Assembly: GCA_964570925.1 (NCBI GenBank)
Contig: CAZNAF010000001.1
Coordinates: forward strand, 3,322-67,321
Direction: 5' to 3'
Length of the DNA: 64,000 nucleotides
Source of the DNA: an uncultured Anaerolinea sp.
GTDB taxonomy: Bacteria > Chloroflexota > Anaerolineae > Anaerolineales > Anaerolineaceae
The translations under genes and the position numbers were made by a program. A model generated the notes under the pieces. That model had not been told where the DNA came from and made no database searches. It saw only the letters and a list, made by a program, of their open reading frames with translations. This document shows positions 8,976-17,811 of the stretch, piece after piece; the first letter of the stretch is position 1; every line of letters begins with the position of its first letter.

Positions 8976-9551
8976 TCAGGCTTTTTCAATATCCATACAT
9001 TGCGGGTGGGCGGAAAAATTGGTGTTCTCTCGTATCGACTTGCGTAACTTTTCCAACAAACGGATCAGTTGTGTTTTTTCATCAGCGTCCAAACCCGAAG
9101 CCAGTTCGTTTATCAGTTTCAACCGGCGCGGCCCGATCTTCTTGATCTTGTCTTTTCCCGCCTGGGTGATCCTGATCATGAATCCGCGTTTATCTTCGGG
9201 GTCTGGGAGTCTCTCGACCAATCCGTTCTCCTCCAGTCCTCGTAGCAGGGAACTGATGGTGTTCTTTTTTACGTGCTGAAAGTGGCTGAGTTGGGTGGGT
9301 CTGATACCCTGAGTCATGCCGCTTTCTTCACTGACCATAAGCCTTAACAGAATCCCCATCCTTGGACCCGAAAGATCACCGGCATCGATGTCTTGAGTGA
9401 TCGCCGCACTGTAAACATTGGCAAGAACACGGATCAGCGAACTGATCTCCACTCCTTTCAGGTCGTCATCATTAAGAAACCTGTGCAGATTTTCGATCAG
9501 GTGTTTATGCATTACCTCAAAAGGGTCTTCCTTCGTTTTTTCCGCACTCAT
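8976..9551 (-). CDS. MarR-family transcriptional regulator
   Basis: wHTH segment IRPTQLSHFQHVKKNTISSLLRGLEENGLVERLPDPEDKR. Start chosen at ATG 9551 (MSAEKTK), which has AAGGA 7 nt upstream. ORF is open to 9599. Confidence 0.8.
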   Translation of the reverse strand: MSAEKTKEDPFEVMHKHLIENLHRFLNDDDLKGVEISSLIRVLANVYSAAITQDIDAGDLSGPRMGILLRLMVSEESGMTQGIRPTQLSHFQHVKKNTISSLLRGLEENGLVERLPDPEDKRGFMIRITQAGKDKIKKIGPRRLKLINELASGLDADEKTQLIRLLEKLRKSIRENTNFSAHPQCMDIEKA

Positions 9552-9639
9552 AATAGTATCCTTAAAATTAGTTCGGCGTGGAACTATAATCCCGGCCATA
9601 GTTTATGTCAAGGACTTCGTACCAATTCTAATAAAAGAT

Positions 9640-9677
9640 TAATAAAATCTCCCGAGGCTGCTGACTCCGCGGGAGAT
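9640..9677 (-). terminator. Rho-independent terminator downstream of the solute-binding protein gene
   Basis: On the minus strand, ATCTCCCG-N15-CGGGAGAT hairpin followed by TTTTATT. Confidence 0.55.
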
Positions 9678-9704
9678 AACTTGGTTGATTCACAAAAATG
9701 AGTC

Positions 9705-11858
9705 TTATTTCCAGTAGTCCTCATCCAGAGAAACAAACCGCAGCGTTGGGAAAGTGCTGATCGGAGAAAGGATGTATCCCTTAATGTAAGGCTTAACCAC
9801 CTGGTAAGCGACCGAATGGTAAAGGAAAACCGCCGGCGCGTCTTCAACGATCATTTGCTCTGCCTGCTGATAAAGGAGAATGCGTTCTTGAGGGTCTTTC
9901 TCAACGCGGGCTCTTTCCAGAAGGGCATCCAGCTGTGGATTGTCGTAGTGGCCTTTGTTCATGGCCGCTTCACTATGGAACAAAACATCTGCAAAATTTT
10001 GCGGGTCGGGGTAATCTGCGCACCAACCGCTGCTGGTTAGTTGACCGTAGTCTTCCGCCACTCGCTGGTCATAAAAAACCTCCGGGTCGATATTTTCGAC
10101 CACGATAGATACACCCAGGTTCTTCTGCCACATGTCGCTCAGGGCAGTGATCAGTGAATTCGAATAACTTCCATAACCGCTGGATGTGATCACGATCTCA
10201 GGGAGCGCTTCAACTGATTTATAACTTGATTCGCGGATGAGCTGGCGGGCTGCCTCAGGATCGTAAGGGTAGCCTTCCAGATCGAGGCTGAATCCGGGCA
10301 TGGCCGGCGGATATAAACCTTTGGCCATCACCGCAGTATTCTGCAAGGCGACATCCAGATATTTTTGTTTGTCAATGGCCATATTGAAGGCCTGCCTGAC
10401 CTTGACATCATCAAAGGGCGGCTGTTCGACATCAAATTGGATGTAGGTTGTGCACATGGAGACACCGCTGACCATTTCATCATGCAGGGGCTCTGAAGGA
10501 TCACTGAGGCGTTCCACGTTATAGGCATAAACATTGGCAATATCCACCGCGCCAGCCTCATAGAGTCTGAATTCATCACCGCTGTAAAGTCTGAAGAGGA
10601 TGACCGGGATCGCGGGTTTGTTGCCGTAATATTCTTCAAACCGCGTATAGACCTTGCGCTCCATGCTGATCCAGGTTTCAAGTTGATAGGGGCCGGTTCC
10701 GTTGGGTGAGCGGAACCATTCGGGGTCTGATTCAACATTCTCGCGGTCCAAGACGTTCGCCGTGGGATAGATGAGTTTATAAAGGAAGTATGGTTTGGCC
10801 GCGTCGATGCTTACCTGCAGGGTATGGTCGTCAAGAATTTTTAAACCGGAAATTGTTTCCGCTTTTCCGTCTCGCATTTCCTTAACGCCAATGATGTCTC
10901 CGAGATAGGTGAGGACGGTATCTGATGCAGTGGCAGGGTCTGCGGCTCTCTCCCACGAATAGACCACATCAGAGGCTGTCACCGGTTTCCCGTCGTGAAA
11001 GACAGCATCCGGCTGCAGGTGAAAGGTATAGACCGTTCCGTCGTTGTTGACATCCCAGCTTTTAGCCAGGGCAGGCGCGATCTCAAGATTTTCGTCATAG
11101 GTAACGAGCCCTTCAAAAACGAGGGTATCGCCGGATCCGTGAGTGGTGGCCGGATCATTCTCCTGGGGGTTTCCGGTTTCACCGCCTTCAAGGATCAAAA
11201 TTTGATCTCGCGGTGTCCCTTCAATGGAGGGCGCGAAGAGAGAGATCGAATCGTACATGTCCTTCAAGGCGTCTTCCCAAAAGGTGAAGTTTTCAGGCAG
11301 AGAGAGGAACTCAAAAGTGATGGTGTGGTTGGAATGCATCAAGGTGGTCAATCTGATCTCAGCCGTATAATCGTTTTCACGGTCATACCCGCTCAAACGC
11401 GTACTCCAGGCCTCAAGTCCAGAATCCCCCAGGCTTACTGCCCCGTCTTCGAGGATCTCGAGGTCCTCAAGCCATGAGGATTCACTGAGGTAGATATCCT
11501 TGGCTGCTTCTTCCAGCGTGTCGTCTTTTTCAAGGGTGGTGGGGAAGGACCAGCCGAAACCTTCAGAGTCGCCCAGCACGTAATCCTGGAAATAGGTCGA
11601 ACCGTCCTCACTCGTGGTGGCCTCGATCCCTTCCGGGATGATGACCGAAAACCCGTATTCCTCGTTGATGTATTCGTCTCCTGAAATTTGGGGCAGGGCG
11701 CCGGTTTGAGCATTGATCTGGGTGGCAACCTGCTGCGAGATTTCCGTGACGAACTGTTGGGCTTTCGAGGTAAGCTGGCAGGAGATCTGGGTAAGGATCA
11801 TGACAGTCAGCACACCCAAAGCTGCGAGTTTTCGCAGTCCTTTTTGTTTGCTTTTCAT
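9705..11858 (-). CDS. ABC-transporter substrate-binding protein, family 5 (peptide/nickel type) with N-terminal extension
   Basis: Family-5 core motif ALAKSWDVNNDGTVYTFHLQPDAVFHDGKPVTASDVVYSWER. Lipoprotein-like leader MKSKQKGLRKLAALGVLTVMILTQISC. Start set at ATG 11858, which forms an ATGA overlap with the upstream stop. ORF is open to 11912. Confidence 0.85.
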   Translation of the reverse strand: MKSKQKGLRKLAALGVLTVMILTQISCQLTSKAQQFVTEISQQVATQINAQTGALPQISGDEYINEEYGFSVIIPEGIEATTSEDGSTYFQDYVLGDSEGFGWSFPTTLEKDDTLEEAAKDIYLSESSWLEDLEILEDGAVSLGDSGLEAWSTRLSGYDRENDYTAEIRLTTLMHSNHTITFEFLSLPENFTFWEDALKDMYDSISLFAPSIEGTPRDQILILEGGETGNPQENDPATTHGSGDTLVFEGLVTYDENLEIAPALAKSWDVNNDGTVYTFHLQPDAVFHDGKPVTASDVVYSWERAADPATASDTVLTYLGDIIGVKEMRDGKAETISGLKILDDHTLQVSIDAAKPYFLYKLIYPTANVLDRENVESDPEWFRSPNGTGPYQLETWISMERKVYTRFEEYYGNKPAIPVILFRLYSGDEFRLYEAGAVDIANVYAYNVERLSDPSEPLHDEMVSGVSMCTTYIQFDVEQPPFDDVKVRQAFNMAIDKQKYLDVALQNTAVMAKGLYPPAMPGFSLDLEGYPYDPEAARQLIRESSYKSVEALPEIVITSSGYGSYSNSLITALSDMWQKNLGVSIVVENIDPEVFYDQRVAEDYGQLTSSGWCADYPDPQNFADVLFHSEAAMNKGHYDNPQLDALLERARVEKDPQERILLYQQAEQMIVEDAPAVFLYHSVAYQVVKPYIKGYILSPISTFPTLRFVSLDEDYWK

Positions 11859-13237
11859 TTCATCCCCCTTTTGGCTTTCAGTGCGAGCATCGTGAAAACG
11901 AGCGCCACGCAAGCCAGCCCTGCTGTCAAGAGCAGAGAGTTCGATCGATTCTGGCCATTTTCGTTTATCCCTTTGCGTTGAACCAGAATGGACCTGGCGT
12001 TTGTTACTCCGGCTGCCTGGCCTATCTCTTCTCCACCCCGATCTGGTACTCTGGATTCGATTTTGGATGACCCTGATGACCCTCCAATAGGCTGGATGGT
12101 CGGCACGATCGTCGGCGTTTTCATGGTACTAGTGGACTCTTCGGGTCGCTGCTCCAGTTCAAGCGAACCGCGCCATTCGTCTTCGAATCCGGAAAGAGAA
12201 AATCCGTATACCTTTTTCAGGCCTTCCTCGATCTCTTCCCCATTTTTCAATTCTTGCAGCAAGGCAAGCATTTTGGTTTTGCCGTAGGTGATTAATAAAT
12301 ACTCCACCATGTAGTATGACTGGCTGTAGGAGAGGTCAGCGACTGATGGATCTTCGGAAAACCCTCCAGATAATACCTTGAAGGAAAGCAGGTTGTCATC
12401 CATACGGTTTTGCTCAAAATGAGCAGCCTCCATGGAGTTAGGACCTCCTTCACCGTAAACCGCGAGTCCTTCATTCAGCCAGGTGGGGATCGAGCCAAGG
12501 CTGGAAAAAGTATAGTCACCTACTAATACATGGGTCAGTTCATGCGCTTCGGTCACCTTGCCCCATTCCATGTTAAGCGGATCGATGCCGATGATCAAAA
12601 TATTGTATTGTGGATAAGCGAGTCCACCCGTCCATCCCGGTTCATAAAAGATTGCATCACGCATTTCTTGTGTGGAAGAGTAAATATACAGATCGATCGG
12701 GTCTTCGGGTGCAATGCCTATGTCGTTCTCAAGATGTTCAAGTGCCTGAACGGCCGTGTTTTTTAATTCCTCACCGTAGGATGAATCCGGATAGTAATAA
12801 TGCAACCGGATCAAACCCTCACTGAGGGTCTTCCAATTGTGCTGATCATCCAGCCAGGTTTTCTCCTGCCTGCTGGTAAAGGTGACATTTCCTTGTTTGT
12901 CGGTCAGCTCCCACATCCACCAAATGGTAGCTCCAGGAGGTTCCCCGCCGCTTTGCCGCATGTCCCATTCCCAGTTGACCTCGATCCTTTTTCCATTATC
13001 AAAATCAGGATAGGCGACGCCGCCGACACTGCCGAAGCTGTCTTGCTTGCTGCCGTAATGCAGTCTGACCTTTTTGATGTCCGTGGTCCAACCGAGATCG
13101 GCCGTGAATGAAATTGAATTCGGAAAGTCAAAAACAGCGTCATTTTGATATTCAACGATTTTCGAGTCGGCAGCCTGCGCGGTTTTTACAGGTATTAAAA
13201 ATCCGATGATGAAGATCGCAGCGAGAAATTGTTTCAC
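11855..13237 (-). CDS. Secreted, membrane-anchored zinc-metalloprotease-like protein (peptidase MA clan)
   Basis: N-terminal signal peptide, HExxH motif (EAHELTHVLV), C-terminal TM anchor LLLTAGLACVALVFTMLAL. Confidence 0.75.
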   Translation of the reverse strand: MKQFLAAIFIIGFLIPVKTAQAADSKIVEYQNDAVFDFPNSISFTADLGWTTDIKKVRLHYGSKQDSFGSVGGVAYPDFDNGKRIEVNWEWDMRQSGGEPPGATIWWMWELTDKQGNVTFTSRQEKTWLDDQHNWKTLSEGLIRLHYYYPDSSYGEELKNTAVQALEHLENDIGIAPEDPIDLYIYSSTQEMRDAIFYEPGWTGGLAYPQYNILIIGIDPLNMEWGKVTEAHELTHVLVGDYTFSSLGSIPTWLNEGLAVYGEGGPNSMEAAHFEQNRMDDNLLSFKVLSGGFSEDPSVADLSYSQSYYMVEYLLITYGKTKMLALLQELKNGEEIEEGLKKVYGFSLSGFEDEWRGSLELEQRPEESTSTMKTPTIVPTIQPIGGSSGSSKIESRVPDRGGEEIGQAAGVTNARSILVQRKGINENGQNRSNSLLLTAGLACVALVFTMLALKAKRGMK

Positions 13238-13464
13238 CGATTTCCTCCTTGTTCCTTGAATTGCCCCTTTTCAGAATCGAAAGCGTGATACCTGAACCTG
13301 CACCGCTCAAACATGCGAAGCATGGTTTTTTTTCGTGCAGGTGAATAAGCCGTAATTTTTATGTGCATTAATAAATAATACCGGAAAAAATGATTTATCA
13401 CCACGGATCAGGACTGGTAAAATAGTAAGTAAGCAAAAAAAGTATTTTGTCCGCAGGAGAGTCC

Positions 13465-14247
13465 ATGAAGAAATTCGCCGAATTTTTACTCGTTTTGATT
13501 GTCCTTATCCCGCTTACCGGCTGCAGCGCGCTCTTTCCGGCACCCGCCACGCCCACCATGGCACCGACTTTTACTCCCATTGTCATGCCCACGGAGATCC
13601 CTCTGCCGACGGCCGCACCCATCCAGGAACCAACACCAACTTTCACGCCTGAGCCTACCTCCACCCCCGCGGCCGTGTCCATGCTGGATGCCCGTGTGGT
13701 CTTTGACAGTTACATCCTGCGCACCGGTCCGGGCAGACTGTTTGAACGGATCGCTATGTATGATACAGATGCGGAGGTCACGCTCATCGGCAGGGAGTTC
13801 AGCAATAATTGGGTACTGGTACAGACCGCTGACAACCGATCGGGTTGGATGAACGTGGTTGGCCTGGAAATACAAGGAGCCCTCGGCTTTTTACCCGTCT
13901 TTGAGGTGAAGGATGCCCAGGTGATCTATGGGCATGTCTATTTACAAAGCCAGGTCCCCGCCCAAGGCATTGGGGTTTCTCTGGCATCCACTGCTGAAGA
14001 TCTGGCAGATTCTGTGGATAACAGTACCACCAACGCGGATGGTTTATGGGCCATCTATCTGCCGGATGATATTTCAGGCGAATATTACATTGGGCCAAAT
14101 GCCTATGCCTGTGAAAACTCCAACGCGGTCATCCCCGCCGAGGGCGGCTGCATCCTCGCGGGCAAGCTGCCCGACGGACAGTTGATCAGCCTGCCTCTTG
14201 ATCTTGATGTGGCCATTGAATTTCAGATCCTGCCCCTTGCACCCTGA
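13465..14247 (+). CDS. Lipoprotein with Pro/Thr-rich linker, bacterial SH3 domain and carboxypeptidase-regulatory-like domain
   Basis: MKKFAEFLLVLIVLIPLTGC lipobox. SH3-like RTGPGRLFERIAMYDTDAEVTLIGREFSNNWVLVQTADNRSGWMN. SD AGGAGAG before ATG 13465 (ORF track starts at TTG 13447). Confidence 0.75.
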   Translation: MKKFAEFLLVLIVLIPLTGCSALFPAPATPTMAPTFTPIVMPTEIPLPTAAPIQEPTPTFTPEPTSTPAAVSMLDARVVFDSYILRTGPGRLFERIAMYDTDAEVTLIGREFSNNWVLVQTADNRSGWMNVVGLEIQGALGFLPVFEVKDAQVIYGHVYLQSQVPAQGIGVSLASTAEDLADSVDNSTTNADGLWAIYLPDDISGEYYIGPNAYACENSNAVIPAEGGCILAGKLPDGQLISLPLDLDVAIEFQILPLAP

Positions 14248-14277
14248 CCCGTCACAAAGTCTTAAATTCTAACGATC

Positions 14278-14315
14278 CACCCGGCCGGAACAAGTTTCTG
14301 CCGGGTGTTTTTTTT
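14278..14315 (+). terminator. Rho-independent terminator
   Basis: CACCCGGC-N14-GCCGGGTG hairpin followed by T8. Confidence 0.7.
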
Positions 14316-14375
14316 ACCGGCAAAACTCATGAAACCTCCCTGAGATAATAGCTGGGAGGTCTATTATATAAAACA

Positions 14376-14434
14376 ATAGCCATAATGGCTATATAGTTAA
14401 AAAATAGCCAAAATGGCTATTGTCATGGTATAAT
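14376..14434 (+). promoter_or_regulatory. Twin palindromic operators overlapping a promoter with extended -10
   Basis: ATAGCCA-TAA-TGGCTAT (14376..14392) and ATAGCCA-AAA-TGGCTAT (14404..14420). TAGCCA as a -35-like hexamer (14405..14410). TGGTATAAT extended -10 (14426..14434). Confidence 0.6.
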
Positions 14435-14438
14435 CAGC

Positions 14439-15131
14439 ATGATGAAAAATCCAATGGCTGATGTTGCCGTGATCACCGGGGACATTGAGGGCTCGTCCAG
14501 GCTGGATTCCAGCCGCAGGCTTGACCTGTATGAAACCTTTCCGACCCTTTCACGCCTGTTGCGTGAAAAATATCCCCGGGTGGTGAAGTATCCGATCAGC
14601 AATTTCAGAGGGGATGGGTGGCAGCTGGTGGTCAATGATCCAGAAAAATCGTTTGAGATCGCGCTCTTTATTCGCACTTACATCCGCTTTGTATTTCAAA
14701 AAGAAAAACTTGATACCAGAACTGCCATCGGAGTCGGTTCGGTGCAGTTCATTCCTGAGGACAATGTATCTGCCGGGGACGGTCCGGCTTACCTCGTTTC
14801 AGGGCGCTTGCTTGAAAAGTTTTCTTCCAATTCCATGGGCATTGTTTTTTCCGAAGTTCGCGGCGACCCGTTGCTTGTGGAGAGTCTTGAGACACTCATC
14901 AGCCTGCTGGATTTACAAGTCACTTCCTGGGGAGCGGGGCATGCCCAATCGGTCAACCTGGCATTAAGTGGACTAACACAGTACGAGATCGCTGCAAGCT
15001 GGCGCCCTCGTCCGATCAAGCAACCGTCCGTTTCAAAAAGTCTGCAGACCGCGGGATGGCCTCAGATCAAGGCCAGCCTGTTGTTGATCGAAAAATTGAT
15101 CCGGCAACTCATACAGGGGGGAGGGAATTGA
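14439..15131 (+). CDS. SatD-like protein: nucleotide-cyclase-like N-terminal domain plus C-terminal HTH
   Basis: AVITGDIEGSSRL and NFRGDGWQLVV resemble the two metal-binding Asp strands of the cyclase/GGDEF-type fold. C-terminal GLTQYEIAASW..IKQPSVSKSL looks like an HTH. ATG 14439 and 14442 lie 5-8 nt after the -10, so the mRNA is probably leaderless. Confidence 0.65.
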   Translation: MMKNPMADVAVITGDIEGSSRLDSSRRLDLYETFPTLSRLLREKYPRVVKYPISNFRGDGWQLVVNDPEKSFEIALFIRTYIRFVFQKEKLDTRTAIGVGSVQFIPEDNVSAGDGPAYLVSGRLLEKFSSNSMGIVFSEVRGDPLLVESLETLISLLDLQVTSWGAGHAQSVNLALSGLTQYEIAASWRPRPIKQPSVSKSLQTAGWPQIKASLLLIEKLIRQLIQGGGN

Positions 15132-15132
15132 G

Positions 15133-15870
15133 ATGCAATCGATCTTTTTCCAAAATCTTTGTGTATTGTTAACCGCTCATTTGTTGGGTGATTTTTTGCT
15201 TCCGGCCGGCATATGGCTGAAAAAGAAACAGTTTTCAGCGGGGCGGGCGGTGATCCACAGCCTGGTCCATGCGTTGTTGGCTTACCTGCTGAGCGGATTA
15301 TGGACGAATTGGTTGTTGCCCCTGATGGTTTTTGCCAGCCACGTGATCATTGACCTGGTCAAAAGCAGGAGTAAGAAAGAATCTCTCATCTCTTTCCTCG
15401 TGAGCCAGTTTGTTCATTTGGTTCTGATCGTTCTCATCGCAGCCTTTTTTCTCTCATCCGCCGGCTTTTTGCCTTACTGGATCGATGTGTTTCCGCGCGC
15501 CGCATCGAATCTGATGATCCTTCTTTCGGGTGTCTTGCTGATGACCCAGGCTGGCGGCATCCTCATTGGATATTTCGTGCAGCCTTTCCAGGAGCAGATC
15601 CGCATCAACCTGCGGCCGGAAAAACGAGGTTTGCTGGAAGGTGGAAAGACGATCGGCTTTCTCGAACGACTGTTGATCTTTGTTTTCGTGTTGACCGGTC
15701 AATTTGCCGGGGTTGGATTTTTGATCGCCGCCAAATCCATTTTCCGTTTCGGCGAGTTGAAAGACAGTGAAAACCGCAAGGAAGCCGAATACATCCTTAT
15801 CGGCACTTTCGCCAGTTTCTTGTTTGCTCTGGTGGTCAGCCTGCTGATCCGCCGGGCTCTGGAGTTATAA
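15133..15870 (+). CDS. DUF3307-family polytopic membrane protein (SatE-like partner of SatD)
   Basis: LLTAHLLGDFLLP near the N terminus and SHVIIDLVKS are the remembered DUF3307 His/Asp motifs. SD GGAGGG upstream. 1-nt gap to the SatD-like gene. Confidence 0.65.
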   Translation: MQSIFFQNLCVLLTAHLLGDFLLPAGIWLKKKQFSAGRAVIHSLVHALLAYLLSGLWTNWLLPLMVFASHVIIDLVKSRSKKESLISFLVSQFVHLVLIVLIAAFFLSSAGFLPYWIDVFPRAASNLMILLSGVLLMTQAGGILIGYFVQPFQEQIRINLRPEKRGLLEGGKTIGFLERLLIFVFVLTGQFAGVGFLIAAKSIFRFGELKDSENRKEAEYILIGTFASFLFALVVSLLIRRALEL

Positions 15871-16451
15871 TGGCCAAGAATATCCTCATCCTAGAAAGCA
15901 GCCCGCGGCGTAAGGGTAACACATCCGTCCTGGCCGGTCACGCAGCCAGGGCCATGCAGGAAGAGGGGCTCTCTGTGGACCTCGTACACCTGCACGGAAT
16001 GAAAATCGAGCCCTGTAATCATTGTGACGGCTGCCTGCGTAAAGCCCTGCCTTGTATCCTTCAGGATGACATGCAAACCATTTACCCGAAGCTCATTGCC
16101 TCGGACGGCCTGATTTTAGCCTCTCCGATCTATTGGTTTAATATCAATGCCCAGCTGAAAACCTGCATGGATCGCTGGTATGGATTGTTCCAAAACCACC
16201 CGAGGCTTTTTGCGGGTAAACCCGTGGGCGTGATCCTGGTCTATGGAGACACCGATCTTTATACCTCCGGCGCTATCAACGCCATCCATACCCTGGAAAG
16301 CGCTTTTCGTTATCTTGGCGCGGTCCCTCTCGGATTTGTCCACGGAACGACCAATAACGTTGGGGATGCCGAAAAGGACGCAATTCTCATGCAAAAAGCC
16401 TGGCAGATTGGTAAAAGTATGGCAGAATCACTGCGAGAGGCCGATTCATGA
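15870..16451 (+). CDS. NADPH-dependent FMN reductase / iron-sulfur flavoprotein-like protein
   Basis: ILILESSPRRKGNT flavodoxin-like N terminus, Cys cluster CNHCDGC, ASPIYWFN motif. TAATG overlap with the upstream gene. Confidence 0.75.
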   Translation: MAKNILILESSPRRKGNTSVLAGHAARAMQEEGLSVDLVHLHGMKIEPCNHCDGCLRKALPCILQDDMQTIYPKLIASDGLILASPIYWFNINAQLKTCMDRWYGLFQNHPRLFAGKPVGVILVYGDTDLYTSGAINAIHTLESAFRYLGAVPLGFVHGTTNNVGDAEKDAILMQKAWQIGKSMAESLREADS

Positions 16452-16532
16452 GTACAATAAGGGCGGCGATCTCATGGAAATGCCTCAATAGAATTTTTTT
16501 CTGAATCATTTGAAGTTTCAAGGAGTGAAAGC

Positions 16533-17150
16533 GTGCCAAAACAATCCTTCGCGTTTGAGCCTGGTGGAGAGAAACGACTGGTCATTGAATGGAAGGGCAT
16601 GTTCAAAGACCTGACCATCAAGGTGGATGGTGTGCAGGTCGGTTTGATCCCTGACCAAAAAGCCCTGGTAACGGGTAAGGAGATCAGGATCAAAGACGGC
16701 AGCAAGATCAGCGTGCAATTGGTCAGTTCCATTTCCGGCTCTGAGCTGCAGGTGTTGCGCAATGGCAAACCCCTGCCGGGTTCTGAATCCAGCCCGGAGG
16801 CGCGTATTCGCACGGCTGCTTACGTGTTGTATTTTTTAGCAGCCCTGGGAGTGGTGGCCGGCCTTGTTTCCCTTTTTTATGAAAGCAGAATTTTAGGCAT
16901 CCTGGGTGTGGGATGGTACAACATCCTTTTTGGGGCGGTCTACCTGATTTTGGGCTTGCTGGTCAGTCGCAATTCCATCGGGGCACTGGTTTTGGCCGTG
17001 GTCGTTTTTTCAGGGGACGCGTTGTCTTCAATTTTGCTGGGTGCGGCGAAGGGTTATGAACCGTCGGTCTATGGGTTGTTGATGCGTGTGTTTTTCCTCA
17101 TCCCTCTGGTGCAGGGCATCAGGGCGATCGTTGAGATCAGAAAAAGATAA
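16533..17150 (+). CDS. Hypothetical membrane protein (soluble N-domain plus 4 TM helices)
   Basis: GTG start with SD AAGGAG. C-terminal half strongly hydrophobic. Confidence 0.6.
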   Translation: MPKQSFAFEPGGEKRLVIEWKGMFKDLTIKVDGVQVGLIPDQKALVTGKEIRIKDGSKISVQLVSSISGSELQVLRNGKPLPGSESSPEARIRTAAYVLYFLAALGVVAGLVSLFYESRILGILGVGWYNILFGAVYLILGLLVSRNSIGALVLAVVVFSGDALSSILLGAAKGYEPSVYGLLMRVFFLIPLVQGIRAIVEIRKR

Positions 17151-17275
17151 ATCAAAGGATCTCAATTTGTAAACTTCTCTCCTGCGCAGGAACCTTCTGG
17201 TCATCCTGCGCAATTTATTGGTCTCCTTTCTACCCGTATCCCCGCCTTTCTGATGCGTTCGCACGAAACGCCACC

Positions 17276-17320
17276 TTGACCAACCCTGCGTGAGGATTTA
17301 TAATTCAACAGTTGAATATT
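17276..17320 (+). promoter_or_regulatory. Promoter P1 (TTGACC-17-TATAAT) with operator ATTCAA-N3-TTGAAT
   Basis: TTGACC 17276..17281, TATAAT 17299..17304, palindrome ATTCAACAGTTGAAT 17303..17317. A 24-nt block at 17297..17320 recurs at 20946..20969 with one mismatch. Confidence 0.65.
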
Positions 17321-17328
17321 GGAGACGC

Positions 17329-17811
17329 ATGAGCCTTGAAAATTGCACGGAAAGGGACCTGGTCATACTTGAACAAATCGAACAGGACCCTGATACCTCT
17401 CAAGCCGCCCTGGCTACTTCTCTCGAGGTGGCCGTGGGAACCATCAACTGGCACTTAAAACGCCTCATCGAAAAGGGATACGTCAAGGTCAGCAGGGCAG
17501 AGCGAAGAAAGCTGAAATATATCATCACGCCTGAAGGTCTTGCTTTACGGGCGCGCCTGACCATTGATTACATCCAGAATTCCTTTAACCTCTATCGACT
17601 GGTGCGTGAGCGTATGGTCACCGCGCTTACAGAGATCCGTGCTAGGGGGTGTCACGCGGTTCGCCTGGAGGGAAGCGGTGACGTTGCCGAAGTGTGTCGT
17701 CTTACCTGTCTTGAACAGGATATTCAGATCACCAGTGAGAAATCAGCTCCACTGCTGCGCATCGTAGGCTTGAAAGTATTTATAGAATCGGAGGAGCACC
17801 AAAAACCATGA
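17329..17811 (+). CDS. Winged-helix (MarR-like, EPS-associated type) transcriptional regulator
   Basis: [45 protein letters not shown] is a wHTH. ATG 17329 has SD GGAGA. ORF track starts at GTG 17290, which would lie inside the promoter. Confidence 0.75.
   Translation: MSLENCTERDLVILEQIEQDPDTSQAALATSLEVAVGTINWHLKRLIEKGYVKVSRAERRKLKYIITPEGLALRARLTIDYIQNSFNLYRLVRERMVTALTEIRARGCHAVRLEGSGDVAEVCRLTCLEQDIQITSEKSAPLLRIVGLKVFIESEEHQKP

Noticed and set aside
11859-11912. Upstream extension of the SBP ORF (MRGARFHDARTESQKGDE).
   Set aside because: It would overlap the preceding gene by 58 nt. ATG 11858 gives an ATGA coupling and begins a proper lipoprotein-type signal peptide.
17290-17328. GTG 17290 as start of the wHTH regulator.
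   Set aside because: It lies within the predicted promoter/operator. ATG 17329 has a GGAGA SD at correct spacing.
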